From: an uncultured Victivallales bacterium
GTDB taxonomy: Bacteria > Verrucomicrobiota > Kiritimatiellia > UBA8416
Assembly (NCBI GenBank): GCA_964497125.1
Contig: CAZCDU010000007.1
Span: forward strand, 5,503-69,502
DNA: 64,000 nucleotides
Direction: 5' to 3'
The notes under the pieces were generated by a model. That model saw nothing but the letters and a program-made list of their open reading frames with translations, was not told the DNA's origin and ran no database searches. The translations under genes were made by a program, and so were the position numbers. Below, piece by piece: positions 56,453-64,000 of this stretch. Numbering within the stretch: the first letter of the stretch is position 1; every line of letters starts with the position of its first letter.

Positions 56453-58053
56453 TGTTGTGTAAGTCCCATTGCATCGGCATTCAAGTATCGCATGCCGAAG
56501 ACGGTTGTTTCAATCAGGTCCAGAAGATAGTCGAGCTCCCAGGGCTTCGATAGGGTCGGGATGGAGAAGCCTTCGAGGATCTCGCGCCTGGTTCGATCAA
56601 GCTCGCTGCTCGTAATCGCAATGATGGGGATATGGCGCCATGCGGGATGAGCCTTGATCTCGGCGATCATGGCTACGCCGTCTAGAACAGGCATGATTAA
56701 GTCGGTGATGATGATGTCAGGATGCGTGGCTTCAAGGAGTTCCATGGCTTGCCCGCCATCCTTGCAGTGGGCCACCTTGTAGTCCTGGCCGCCGAGTTGC
56801 CCTGAGATGAGCTTACCCGTAACATCACAGTCATCCACCGTTAGTACGTAGGGGGGCGTGCTTTTCGGCAGCCTTACATCGACTCGTGTTCCGCTCTCCC
56901 GGTCGGGGGGAGGGCTGGACAGGGAAAGGCTGCCGCCGTGCAGTTCAACGATACTCTTCGAAATGGCCAGACCTAAGCCCGTGCCTTCAGCATGTTCGCC
57001 GACGCGGAAGTAGCGCTCTGTCACCTTCTCGAGATGCTCTTTCGGAATGCCAATGCCGCTATCCGTAACGGATATCAGGAATTGCTGTTCGTCCTGTGGA
57101 TCCGTGTCGAAGGAGACCTTAATGGATCCTTCAGCCGGGGTGAATTTGACGGCGTTGCGGATGATGTTGAGTATGACGCGTTCTATCTTCTGGGGATCAC
57201 ATTCTGAGAATCCTGTTGCCCGGGTGACAATGCTAAGTTCAAGTTGGCCCTCGGCTGCCTGAAGCTGAAGGGATTCAACCGTCCGACGTACCAGGCGCCC
57301 CAATGGAATTCGTACTTTGTCAAGAGCCAGTCGGTTCGACTCGATACGGCTCAGGTCCAGAATGTCGCCGACGGTGTGACTCAAGCGCTGTGCGTCTTCT
57401 TTTAGCATTTCCAGGTAGGTCACGGCCCGGTCCGGTATCGGTCCCACGATGCCTTTGAGAAGGTTGTCAATCGCGTAGCTCATGGATGCCAGTGGCGTCT
57501 TGAGTTCATGCGATACATTCGATACAAACTCGGTCCGAGCACGATCATGTGCTGTCAGCCGTTCATTGGCCGTCTGCAGTTGCGTATTCGACTGCTCCAG
57601 TTCATTGGTCCGGTCGCTGACCATCTCTTCCAAGTGATCACGGTAGCGCTTGAGGGCGAGCTCCGAACGTTTTCGCTCAATCGCGTAGCGGATAGCCCGA
57701 GCCAGCCGATCTCGATCGATGTGCCCTTTGAAGAGGTAGTCCTGAGCGCCTACCTGGACGGCCTTGACGCCCATGCTCTCATCAGAGAGTCCCGTGAGTA
57801 GAATGACGGCGATATCCGGCGCGTGGGACAAGGTGCTAACCAGTGTTTGCCATCCCCGGGAGTCGGGAAGCGTCAGGTCGAGTAAAATGACATCCGGCGG
57901 GGCCTCATCGATGAGCGTGAAGGCATCACGTAGCCGACCCGCACTCCTTACGCCGAAGTTCTGAGGTCCGGCTTGGGATAGTAGGTGTTTCGTGATGACG
58001 ACATCGTCTTCATCATCCTCGATCAGTAGGACCTTGATGGATTCTTCGTTCAT
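56449..58053 (-). CDS. hybrid histidine kinase REC-HisKA-HATPase-REC, paralog of 51964-53628
   Basis: Same motif set: SHELKTPLASMSYA, HATPase boxes, REC domains at both ends. Confidence 0.8.
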   Translation of the reverse strand: MNEESIKVLLIEDDEDDVVITKHLLSQAGPQNFGVRSAGRLRDAFTLIDEAPPDVILLDLTLPDSRGWQTLVSTLSHAPDIAVILLTGLSDESMGVKAVQVGAQDYLFKGHIDRDRLARAIRYAIERKRSELALKRYRDHLEEMVSDRTNELEQSNTQLQTANERLTAHDRARTEFVSNVSHELKTPLASMSYAIDNLLKGIVGPIPDRAVTYLEMLKEDAQRLSHTVGDILDLSRIESNRLALDKVRIPLGRLVRRTVESLQLQAAEGQLELSIVTRATGFSECDPQKIERVILNIIRNAVKFTPAEGSIKVSFDTDPQDEQQFLISVTDSGIGIPKEHLEKVTERYFRVGEHAEGTGLGLAISKSIVELHGGSLSLSSPPPDRESGTRVDVRLPKSTPPYVLTVDDCDVTGKLISGQLGGQDYKVAHCKDGGQAMELLEATHPDIIITDLIMPVLDGVAMIAEIKAHPAWRHIPIIAITSSELDRTRREILEGFSIPTLSKPWELDYLLDLIETTVFGMRYLNADAMGLTQQ

Positions 58054-59636
58054 TGTTCCCTATCGAATCGCTGTTCGTACGGTAGCGTGACCGCGAAGGT
58101 TGACCCGATCCCCTGTTCTGACGTTACCGAGATATCACCACCATGAACATCGGCGATACGCCGGCAGATGGCCAACCCGATGCCCGTTCCTTCATAGACG
58201 TGCCGCGCATGCAGCCGTTGGAAGATCTCGAAAATCCGAGCCTCATATTTCTGGTCAAATCCCATGCCGTTGTCCTCGACGGAAATGGTGACACGATCAC
58301 CCTCAGAGACGGCGAAGACCTTGATTTCAAGGTGCGCGTCTGTGCGTCGGAATTTGATGGCGTTGGCAAGGAGGTGGCGGAACAACTGCTGCATCTGGGG
58401 TTGTTCGGCGTCGATCGTGGGCAGGTCGCCGATCACAATCGTCCCGCCTGCGTCAGCGAGGTCCTGCTCGAGATCTTTCACGACCTGCTCGAGAATGCCG
58501 TTCAAGTCAACAGACCGGAAAATAGGTTTGCGGCGGGCAAGGCGTGAGAAGGCCAGCAGGTCATTGATCAGAAACTGCATCTGTTTGGCTGACTGAACGA
58601 TGCGTTCCAAGTAGTCCCGTGCCCGCGCGTCCAGACCATCACCCGCGGCCGACGCCAGGCGGTCACCAAAGGCCAGCATTTTCCGAAGGGGTTCCTGGAG
58701 GTCGTGCGCGGCAACCTGGGCGAAACGTTCCAGCTCACTGTTCGTGGTCTCCAGATCAGATAGCGTTCGCCGTAGCATGCGTTCGGCCCGTTCATGCTCC
58801 TGTACCTCTCGCCGGAGATCCTCATTCGCCCGTTCCAATTCAGCGGTGCGCTCTGACACTATTTTCTCGAGCTGATCGCCGTACTGGCGGAGCTCCTCCT
58901 CAGCTTTGCGGCGCTCCGCAACTTCGTTACTCAACTCAATGTCCCGCTGTTGGATGGTATGGAGCATCTCGTTGAACGCATCATTGCATGACTGGATTTC
59001 CTCGCTGCCCTGTTTCGTCGCCCGCAGTGAATAGTCCCCTTCCTTGGAGACGTGGCGCGCCATGTGGGCCAGGTCCAGAATAGGCCTTGAAATGACGGAT
59101 TGCAGCTTTGCGGCCGCAAGGAGAGCCAGCAACAGCGCGCCCAGCACAATGAAGACGAGGGTGATGACATTCCGCCTGGCGGCATCACGCAGGGATGACA
59201 GATCATCCTCGATACAGACTGAGCCAAGGATCTGGCCCCTAACGGCAACGGGGGCGTAGACCCGCACATGGTGGTTCTGGAACATGTGCCCTGAACCCTC
59301 CATCGGGGCTTGATAGGCGGATTGCGGCCTGCCTTCTGGTGTATACGATGCGAACACGGCACCGTTAGCGTCATACGTGTATGCCGCTGAAACCGATTCC
59401 CGCGTATGAAGAATCTCCAGCATATGCGCAGCATCATCTTCACCATCAAAGGTAAGAGCGGCCTCGCTGTTGTGAGCAATGGCCTCAGCCATTCCCTGCA
59501 AATCCTGGACAAGGCTGCGCCGGTTGCTGATGTAGGAGAGCGATCCGAATGAAATGCCACAGGCTACAACGGCAATTGTACACGTGATCATCTGGATCAG
59601 TGTCAGCTGTGCCCTTGTCGTTGTTCCAATTCTCAT
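58050..59636 (-). CDS. membrane sensor histidine kinase with extracytoplasmic domain + HAMP
   Basis: Two TM helices flank a roughly 140-aa domain. HAMP. Coiled coil. H-box AHDLQEPLRKM. HATPase boxes. First gene of the eight-gene two-component operon. Confidence 0.8.
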   Translation of the reverse strand: MRIGTTTRAQLTLIQMITCTIAVVACGISFGSLSYISNRRSLVQDLQGMAEAIAHNSEAALTFDGEDDAAHMLEILHTRESVSAAYTYDANGAVFASYTPEGRPQSAYQAPMEGSGHMFQNHHVRVYAPVAVRGQILGSVCIEDDLSSLRDAARRNVITLVFIVLGALLLALLAAAKLQSVISRPILDLAHMARHVSKEGDYSLRATKQGSEEIQSCNDAFNEMLHTIQQRDIELSNEVAERRKAEEELRQYGDQLEKIVSERTAELERANEDLRREVQEHERAERMLRRTLSDLETTNSELERFAQVAAHDLQEPLRKMLAFGDRLASAAGDGLDARARDYLERIVQSAKQMQFLINDLLAFSRLARRKPIFRSVDLNGILEQVVKDLEQDLADAGGTIVIGDLPTIDAEQPQMQQLFRHLLANAIKFRRTDAHLEIKVFAVSEGDRVTISVEDNGMGFDQKYEARIFEIFQRLHARHVYEGTGIGLAICRRIADVHGGDISVTSEQGIGSTFAVTLPYEQRFDREQ

Positions 59637-59674
59637 GGCTCAAACCCGACGTACGATAGCCTCTCGTGCTCGAT

Positions 59675-59690
59675 GAGGCAGCGCTGCCTC
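59675..59690. promoter_or_regulatory. perfect 16-bp palindrome GAGGCAGCGCTGCCTC in the leader of the two-component operon
   Basis: Read directly. Located 39-54 nt upstream of the 59636 start codon on the coding strand side. Confidence 0.35.
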
Positions 59691-59860
59691 CATGCACGAT
59701 GAGTCCCCCATGGCCGTCTTGCCCGCGTCTGTACGTGTTCCCCGTGGCATGTTCCTCCCATACCGTGGTTTTGTCAATTCGGGGAATTGCTGGTTTTTCC
59801 ATCGGGGAATCCCTTACGCAAGCGGGATATGGTGTGGCAGACTCGTGCCTGGCAGTCCGG

Positions 59861-61087
59861 TTAGCCGCGGGGCGTTCGCTTCCAGGTGCCGGACATATTG
59901 CCGCCGAGATAGCGGACGAATCCGGCGAGAAGGGCCGCGTGCATTACCACGAAGTGGTCGCAGGTTGAGCAGAGCTGAGCTGTGCGCCCGCCCTGGTTCC
60001 GGTTCCGGAGAAGCACACCCACTCGCCCTATGAGCACGAGTGTGGTCAGCCCCATCGCGACGGCGTATGCCGGCCAGGCGTTTGCGAACGGGATACCTCG
60101 CAGCCATGCATCGCCGGCAACAAGGAAGCTGATTAGGGCCATCACGAGCAAGACGTGAGGCATCAACCACCGGAAGATCTTGTGGGACCAGAACGACCAG
60201 GCGAAGGCTCTGAACCGGGGGTGCAGGCATGCTTTGCACAGTACGGCAGCCTGGTAGTCGCCTGCACCGATACGGACGCGTCGCACCCATTCGTCCTCCA
60301 CGGCAGGCAGCTCTTCTGCCGCGATGGCGTCGGGGTCGTACCGCATATGGTAGCCCTGTTCACGGACCTTCATTCCGATTACGAAATCATCGACAATGGT
60401 ATTGGTGGGGATGGCCTTCCAGAAGAGTTCGGGCCTGATCGCATAGATTGCGCCATTGGCACCGAGGCAGGAGTCAAGTGAGGACTCCCAGGTCTTTAAC
60501 TTGGTCTCAAGGCGCCAGTAAGCGCCCTCTTCAGCAGGGTTCTCGGAGGCGTTCCCTGTTTCCGTGAAGACCAGTCGTCCGCAGGCGCCACCGATACGCG
60601 CGTCACCGAAATGGGTGACGAGACGCCGGACGGCATCCGGCGCAAACATGGTGTTCGCATCTGTGAAGAGTAGAAGGTGCGGGGGGGCTTGTTCGACTTC
60701 TGTTTCGGCAACAAGTTTGCGCAGGACGGCAACCTTCCCTTCGTTCTCTGCGAACTCCAGAACTCGAATGCGCGTGTCTTGCTGAGCTACGTTCCTCGCC
60801 GCGGCCGCTGTTTCATCCGTGCATCCATCGGTTCCCAGTAGAACGATGAGCTTGTCTGGCGGGTAGTCGACCGACTGGAGGTTACGGATACGGTCTGCGA
60901 TAACCTCTTCCTCGTTGAAGGCGGCCAGAAGGACGTAGACGAGAGGAAGCGCCTCTTCCGGCGGAACGGGTTGGTGGTGAGGCGATGTTGGCCTGGCGGC
61001 CAGGGCCAACAGAATGGGATAGCCTATCCATGTGTACACAACGATCAAGGCCAGGGCGAATAGGAGAATATTGAACACTGGAGACAT
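59861..61087 (-). CDS. membrane-embedded family-2 glycosyltransferase (processive synthase-like)
   Basis: N-terminal TM. GT2 core (VLLAAFNEE...DGCTDET...FTDAN D,D,D). Three or four C-terminal TM helices. Confidence 0.7.
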   Translation of the reverse strand: MSPVFNILLFALALIVVYTWIGYPILLALAARPTSPHHQPVPPEEALPLVYVLLAAFNEEEVIADRIRNLQSVDYPPDKLIVLLGTDGCTDETAAAARNVAQQDTRIRVLEFAENEGKVAVLRKLVAETEVEQAPPHLLLFTDANTMFAPDAVRRLVTHFGDARIGGACGRLVFTETGNASENPAEEGAYWRLETKLKTWESSLDSCLGANGAIYAIRPELFWKAIPTNTIVDDFVIGMKVREQGYHMRYDPDAIAAEELPAVEDEWVRRVRIGAGDYQAAVLCKACLHPRFRAFAWSFWSHKIFRWLMPHVLLVMALISFLVAGDAWLRGIPFANAWPAYAVAMGLTTLVLIGRVGVLLRNRNQGGRTAQLCSTCDHFVVMHAALLAGFVRYLGGNMSGTWKRTPRG

Positions 61088-61184
61088 GAAACGGTGATAG
61101 ACGAAAACCGTGAAAACGTCAACAAGGGGCGGAGATCAGGTACGAGGGATTGCCGCTGCGGGAGGGGTCTGGTAAGGTGCGGTC

Positions 61185-62342
61185 ATGTTACGTGCGATCG
61201 ACAGGTGGTTGCCTGGATACGTGGCGTCGATTGGCCGGCGCCCGCCCATAAGCGGCGATATACGCCATCTGTTGGTTTGCGTCGCGGACCACTTTGAACC
61301 CCTGAACTGTACGATCCTTCCCGACGGAACCGTAACGGGAGGAGCTACGGCTTCGGACGCGCGCGCGTTCGTGGACTCGTGGTGCCGTGACTACCGTGAG
61401 ACGCTGGCGGCGTTCCGGGATGCTGACGGGTATTCACCCCGCCACACCTTTTTCTACCCCTGGGATGAATATGAGCCTGGTTGCCTGGATATTCTGGCTG
61501 ACTTCTGTCGCGACGGGCATGGCGAGGTAGAAGTGCACCTTCACCACCGCAATGACACGGAAGCCGGACTCAGGGATAAGTTGATTGCCTGTCGGGATAC
61601 GTACGCGAACCAGCATGGCCTGCTGGGGCGGCGTCTGTCACCCAGCGCATCCGCTGCTGATCTGACGGCGGGGGGAGGGGCTCCGGCCTATGCGTTCGTC
61701 CACGGGAACTGGTGCCTGTGCAATGCAAGGCAGGACGGCGACTGGTGTGGCGTCGAGCGTGAGTTGTCCGTGCTTGCCGAGACCGGTTGCTATGCCGACC
61801 TGACCTTTCCGTCTGCACCGGACCGCACGCAGCCGCGCTTCGTGAACACCGTATACTATGGCCGCAATCCCGGGGGAGGGGAGCGTGGCGTTCAAGTTGA
61901 TCGATGTGTTGGGCCCGGCGGCGAGCGCCGCAAGCCGGTGGATGGGATACTCATGGTTCCCGGCCCGCTGGGATTGAACTGGCAGGCTCGCAAGTTTGGC
62001 ATTGTACCCAAACTGGAGAACGCCGAGATATCCGGAGCCAACCCGGCAACGGCTGAACGGCTGCGCCTGTGGCAGCGGCTTGCGGTGACTGTGCCGGGCC
62101 AGCCTGACTGGACGATCATCAAACTCCATACCCACGGTGCCGATCCCGCAAACCGTGGTGCGCTGCTCGGACCGGCCATGGCTGGCTTCCATGGCGCATT
62201 GAAAGAGGCATGCGATGGGGACAGCGGATGGCGTCTGCATTACGTAACGGCTCGGGAGCTCTTCAATATTATAAAGGCCGCCGAATCCGGCCATGGCGGC
62301 AATCCCGCTGACTACAGGAATGCGGCCATCGTGAGCCCCTAG
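61185..62342 (+). CDS. hypothetical protein (possibly carbohydrate-esterase/deacetylase-like), divergent from the GT2 gene
   Basis: Only weak His/Asp-rich motifs (CVADHFEP, HLHHRND). No confident family assignment. Confidence 0.35.
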   Translation: MLRAIDRWLPGYVASIGRRPPISGDIRHLLVCVADHFEPLNCTILPDGTVTGGATASDARAFVDSWCRDYRETLAAFRDADGYSPRHTFFYPWDEYEPGCLDILADFCRDGHGEVEVHLHHRNDTEAGLRDKLIACRDTYANQHGLLGRRLSPSASAADLTAGGGAPAYAFVHGNWCLCNARQDGDWCGVERELSVLAETGCYADLTFPSAPDRTQPRFVNTVYYGRNPGGGERGVQVDRCVGPGGERRKPVDGILMVPGPLGLNWQARKFGIVPKLENAEISGANPATAERLRLWQRLAVTVPGQPDWTIIKLHTHGADPANRGALLGPAMAGFHGALKEACDGDSGWRLHYVTARELFNIIKAAESGHGGNPADYRNAAIVSP

Positions 62343-62359
62343 CAGCCCTGAATCTTGTG

Positions 62360-62389
62360 TTGACGAGTCCTAGGGGGTTCCCCTATAGT
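62360..62389 (+). promoter_or_regulatory. sigma70-like promoter (TTGACG - 18 nt - TATAGT) upstream of the ExeA-like ATPase gene
   Basis: -35 TTGACG at 62360-62365, -10 TATAGT at 62384-62389, read directly. About 60 nt upstream of ATG 62449. Confidence 0.4.
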
Positions 62390-62448
62390 CGCTTGGTATT
62401 CTCGGATTAGCGTGTCGTCTTGTCAGTGGTACTGTGGGAGAAGGGTTC

Positions 62449-63348
62449 ATGAGTTACTATCGTGTGTTAGGACTTCAGAAAGAACCGTTCTCTACCAGCC
62501 CCGATCCATCCTTCTTCTATGCTTCATCCGGCCACCGAACGGCACTGTGCCGTCTCCAGATTGCGATTGCGCTCAAGCGTGGTCTCAGTGTGATGATTGG
62601 CGACATCGGCACAGGCAAGACCACGGTCAGCAGGAAGCTCTCCCGGGCATTGAACGAAGACGATAACGTGATTTTCCGGATGATCCTCAATCCCTACTTC
62701 CGTACCGAGAAGCAGTTCCTCTCCCGTATGGCTGCACTTTTCCATGTGCCGCTGCCCAAGGGAAGGCTGACGTCGCTTGACTATATGGAGGCCATCGAGC
62801 GGTACCTGTTTTCGCAGGGCGTGGAGCAGAACAAGACCGTTGTGCTTCTGATTGATGAATCTCAGATTCTGCCGGACTTCGTATTTGAGGTCTTGCGCAT
62901 TCTCCTTAATTATGAGACTAACGAGTTCAAGATTTTGCAGCTTGTGCTTGTAGGACAAATGGAACTGTTGCCGCGCATTACGCGAATGGCAAATTTCTGG
63001 GATCGTGTTTCGGCCAAAGTGATGTTGAAGTCACTGGCGGTTGGGGAAGTTCGTGAGTTCATCGAGGCCCGTCTGCGTTATGCAGGCTACCGTAAAACGA
63101 AACCCATGTTTTCCCCCGAGTCGATTGAACTGATCTGCAAGCACACGGAAGGGTTCCCGCGACGCGTGAACCTTTTCTGTCATAACGTGTTGGAGCAGAT
63201 GGTGATGCATGACAAGCGGTATGTTGATTTACAGCTTGTGCACCGAGTGATAGAGAATGAGATAGCAGCTGATGATTTCAAGGGGCTGCTTGCTGATGAC
63301 GATTTTGACCAGGATGAGCCAGGCATGTTGCGTGTTGTTGGCGCATAG
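62449..63348 (+). CDS. ExeA/GspA-like AAA ATPase (PEP-CTERM/exosortase-locus type secretion ATPase)
   Basis: Walker A GDIGTGKT. Walker B LLIDESQ. Family-typical length and N-terminal SYYRVLGL start. No peptidoglycan-binding extension. Confidence 0.65.
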   Translation: MSYYRVLGLQKEPFSTSPDPSFFYASSGHRTALCRLQIAIALKRGLSVMIGDIGTGKTTVSRKLSRALNEDDNVIFRMILNPYFRTEKQFLSRMAALFHVPLPKGRLTSLDYMEAIERYLFSQGVEQNKTVVLLIDESQILPDFVFEVLRILLNYETNEFKILQLVLVGQMELLPRITRMANFWDRVSAKVMLKSLAVGEVREFIEARLRYAGYRKTKPMFSPESIELICKHTEGFPRRVNLFCHNVLEQMVMHDKRYVDLQLVHRVIENEIAADDFKGLLADDDFDQDEPGMLRVVGA

Positions 63349-63357
63349 AGGACCGAG

Positions 63358-64000
63358 ATGGCAGAAGACGAACAAGAATTGACCCCCGAGGAAAAACTCC
63401 TGGAAGTGATCCAGAAAGGCGAAGCCGCGGCAGATGGAACTGCTGATTCCTCCGCAACGCTTGGCGATGAAAGTGACGGGTTGCCGGTGGCACGTCCCAT
63501 CGTGACGAGTGGCGGTGTTTTCAGTGTTGGTGTGCTCAACAACGTCCTCGGTCTTGCAGCGATCCTCCTTCTCGCGCTCTGCGGCTACGAGATGTATCGG
63601 AATCTGCCGCAGCCGGCGAAGGTCTATTCCTCTACCGACATGGAGTTCAAGAAGGGCGGTGAAGTCCTTGCGCTGGCATCCCTGAGCGACACCTTGGACA
63701 TGTTCTCCAAGCGTCGCATCCTCGGCGTACCCCCGAAACCATGGGAGCCGGAGCACAACGGCCTCAGCATTGAAGAGCTCAAGGGATGGCGCGCCTATGC
63801 ACGCGACAATCTTAAGCTAATGGGAATGTCGGACGTCCAACGCGAGACGGCCGGCGGCGATACGGTGAGTGTCCTCGAAGCGATTGTTATGGACACGAAG
63901 GAGAAAAAAATGCATTTTCTCACCGCTGGGCAGACTATTGTCCTTAGTAAGCAGGACGTGTATGTCGATGACATCGGCGACAGCAAAGTCGAGCTTCAGG
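63358..64000 (+). CDS. single-TM membrane protein, partner of the ExeA-like ATPase (GspB-like position); 3' end outside window
   Basis: Open frame from ATG 63358 to the window end. Acidic N-terminus, one TM (VLGLAAILLLALCGY), then a soluble region. Confidence 0.45.
   Translation, partial: MAEDEQELTPEEKLLEVIQKGEAAADGTADSSATLGDESDGLPVARPIVTSGGVFSVGVLNNVLGLAAILLLALCGYEMYRNLPQPAKVYSSTDMEFKKGGEVLALASLSDTLDMFSKRRILGVPPKPWEPEHNGLSIEELKGWRAYARDNLKLMGMSDVQRETAGGDTVSVLEAIVMDTKEKKMHFLTAGQTIVLSKQDVYVDDIGDSKVELQ

Overview
This is a high-GC (about 60%) chromosomal segment from a Gram-negative-type bacterium. It is densely coding, with roughly 55 protein genes and one tRNA. I saw no transposases, integrases, CRISPR arrays or rRNA.

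Main blocks, in order:
- (1..10.2 kb) Housekeeping and sensory genes: a GmhB-like HAD phosphatase, a J-domain protein, a secreted CAP/SCP protein, a trypsin-like protease, a DUF362 Fe-S protein, a cytoplasmic NarL-type sensor kinase, a zinc-ribbon membrane protein, and an operon of small membrane protein, nadE and PilZ.
- (10.2..10.7 kb) A 485-bp non-coding region packed with inverted and direct repeats.
- (10.7..18.4 kb) A variant of the widely conserved but functionally unresolved ebo/EDB cluster: TatD hydrolase, UbiA prenyltransferase, nucleotide pyrophosphatase/alkaline-phosphatase family, DHQ-synthase-like sugar-phosphate cyclase, and xylose-isomerase-like TIM barrel. The gene order is rearranged, eboA is missing, and a divergent CrtF-type O-methyltransferase and a downstream lipoprotein flank it.
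- (18.4..28.7 kb) era, an AGCS alanine/glycine:cation symporter, two tandem paralogous membrane sensor kinases, a long U32 peptidase, and a Ca/Mg-type P-type ATPase.
- (28.7..47.1 kb) A 16-gene exopolysaccharide locus of the exosortase-A (XrtA/EpsH-EpsI, PEP-CTERM) type. It contains a Wzy_C ligase, an LpxH-like metallophosphoesterase, a methyltransferase, a Wzx flippase, an FrhB-like Fe-S protein plus pyruvyl transferase pair, GT9, GT2, two GT4, GT26, an AsnB-like amidotransferase, the exosortase, EpsI and a WbaP-like priming transferase.
- (47.2..50.7 kb) dapA-dapB-(orphan receiver)-panB, folK and tRNA-Thr(UGU).
- (50.8..59.6 kb) An eight-gene, same-strand two-component operon built only from kinases and receiver-only proteins, including a duplicated [hybrid REC-HK-REC kinase + double-receiver] module.
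- (59.9..64 kb) A GT2 synthase, an unknown protein, and a PEP-CTERM-type ExeA/GspA-like ATPase with a membrane partner behind a strong sigma70-like promoter.

The most interesting candidates are:
- the rearranged ebo-like lipid/cyclitol cluster with extra tailoring genes;
- the structured repeat region next to it;
- the output-less multi-kinase phosphorelay;
- the orphan kinase-DUF362-protease operon.
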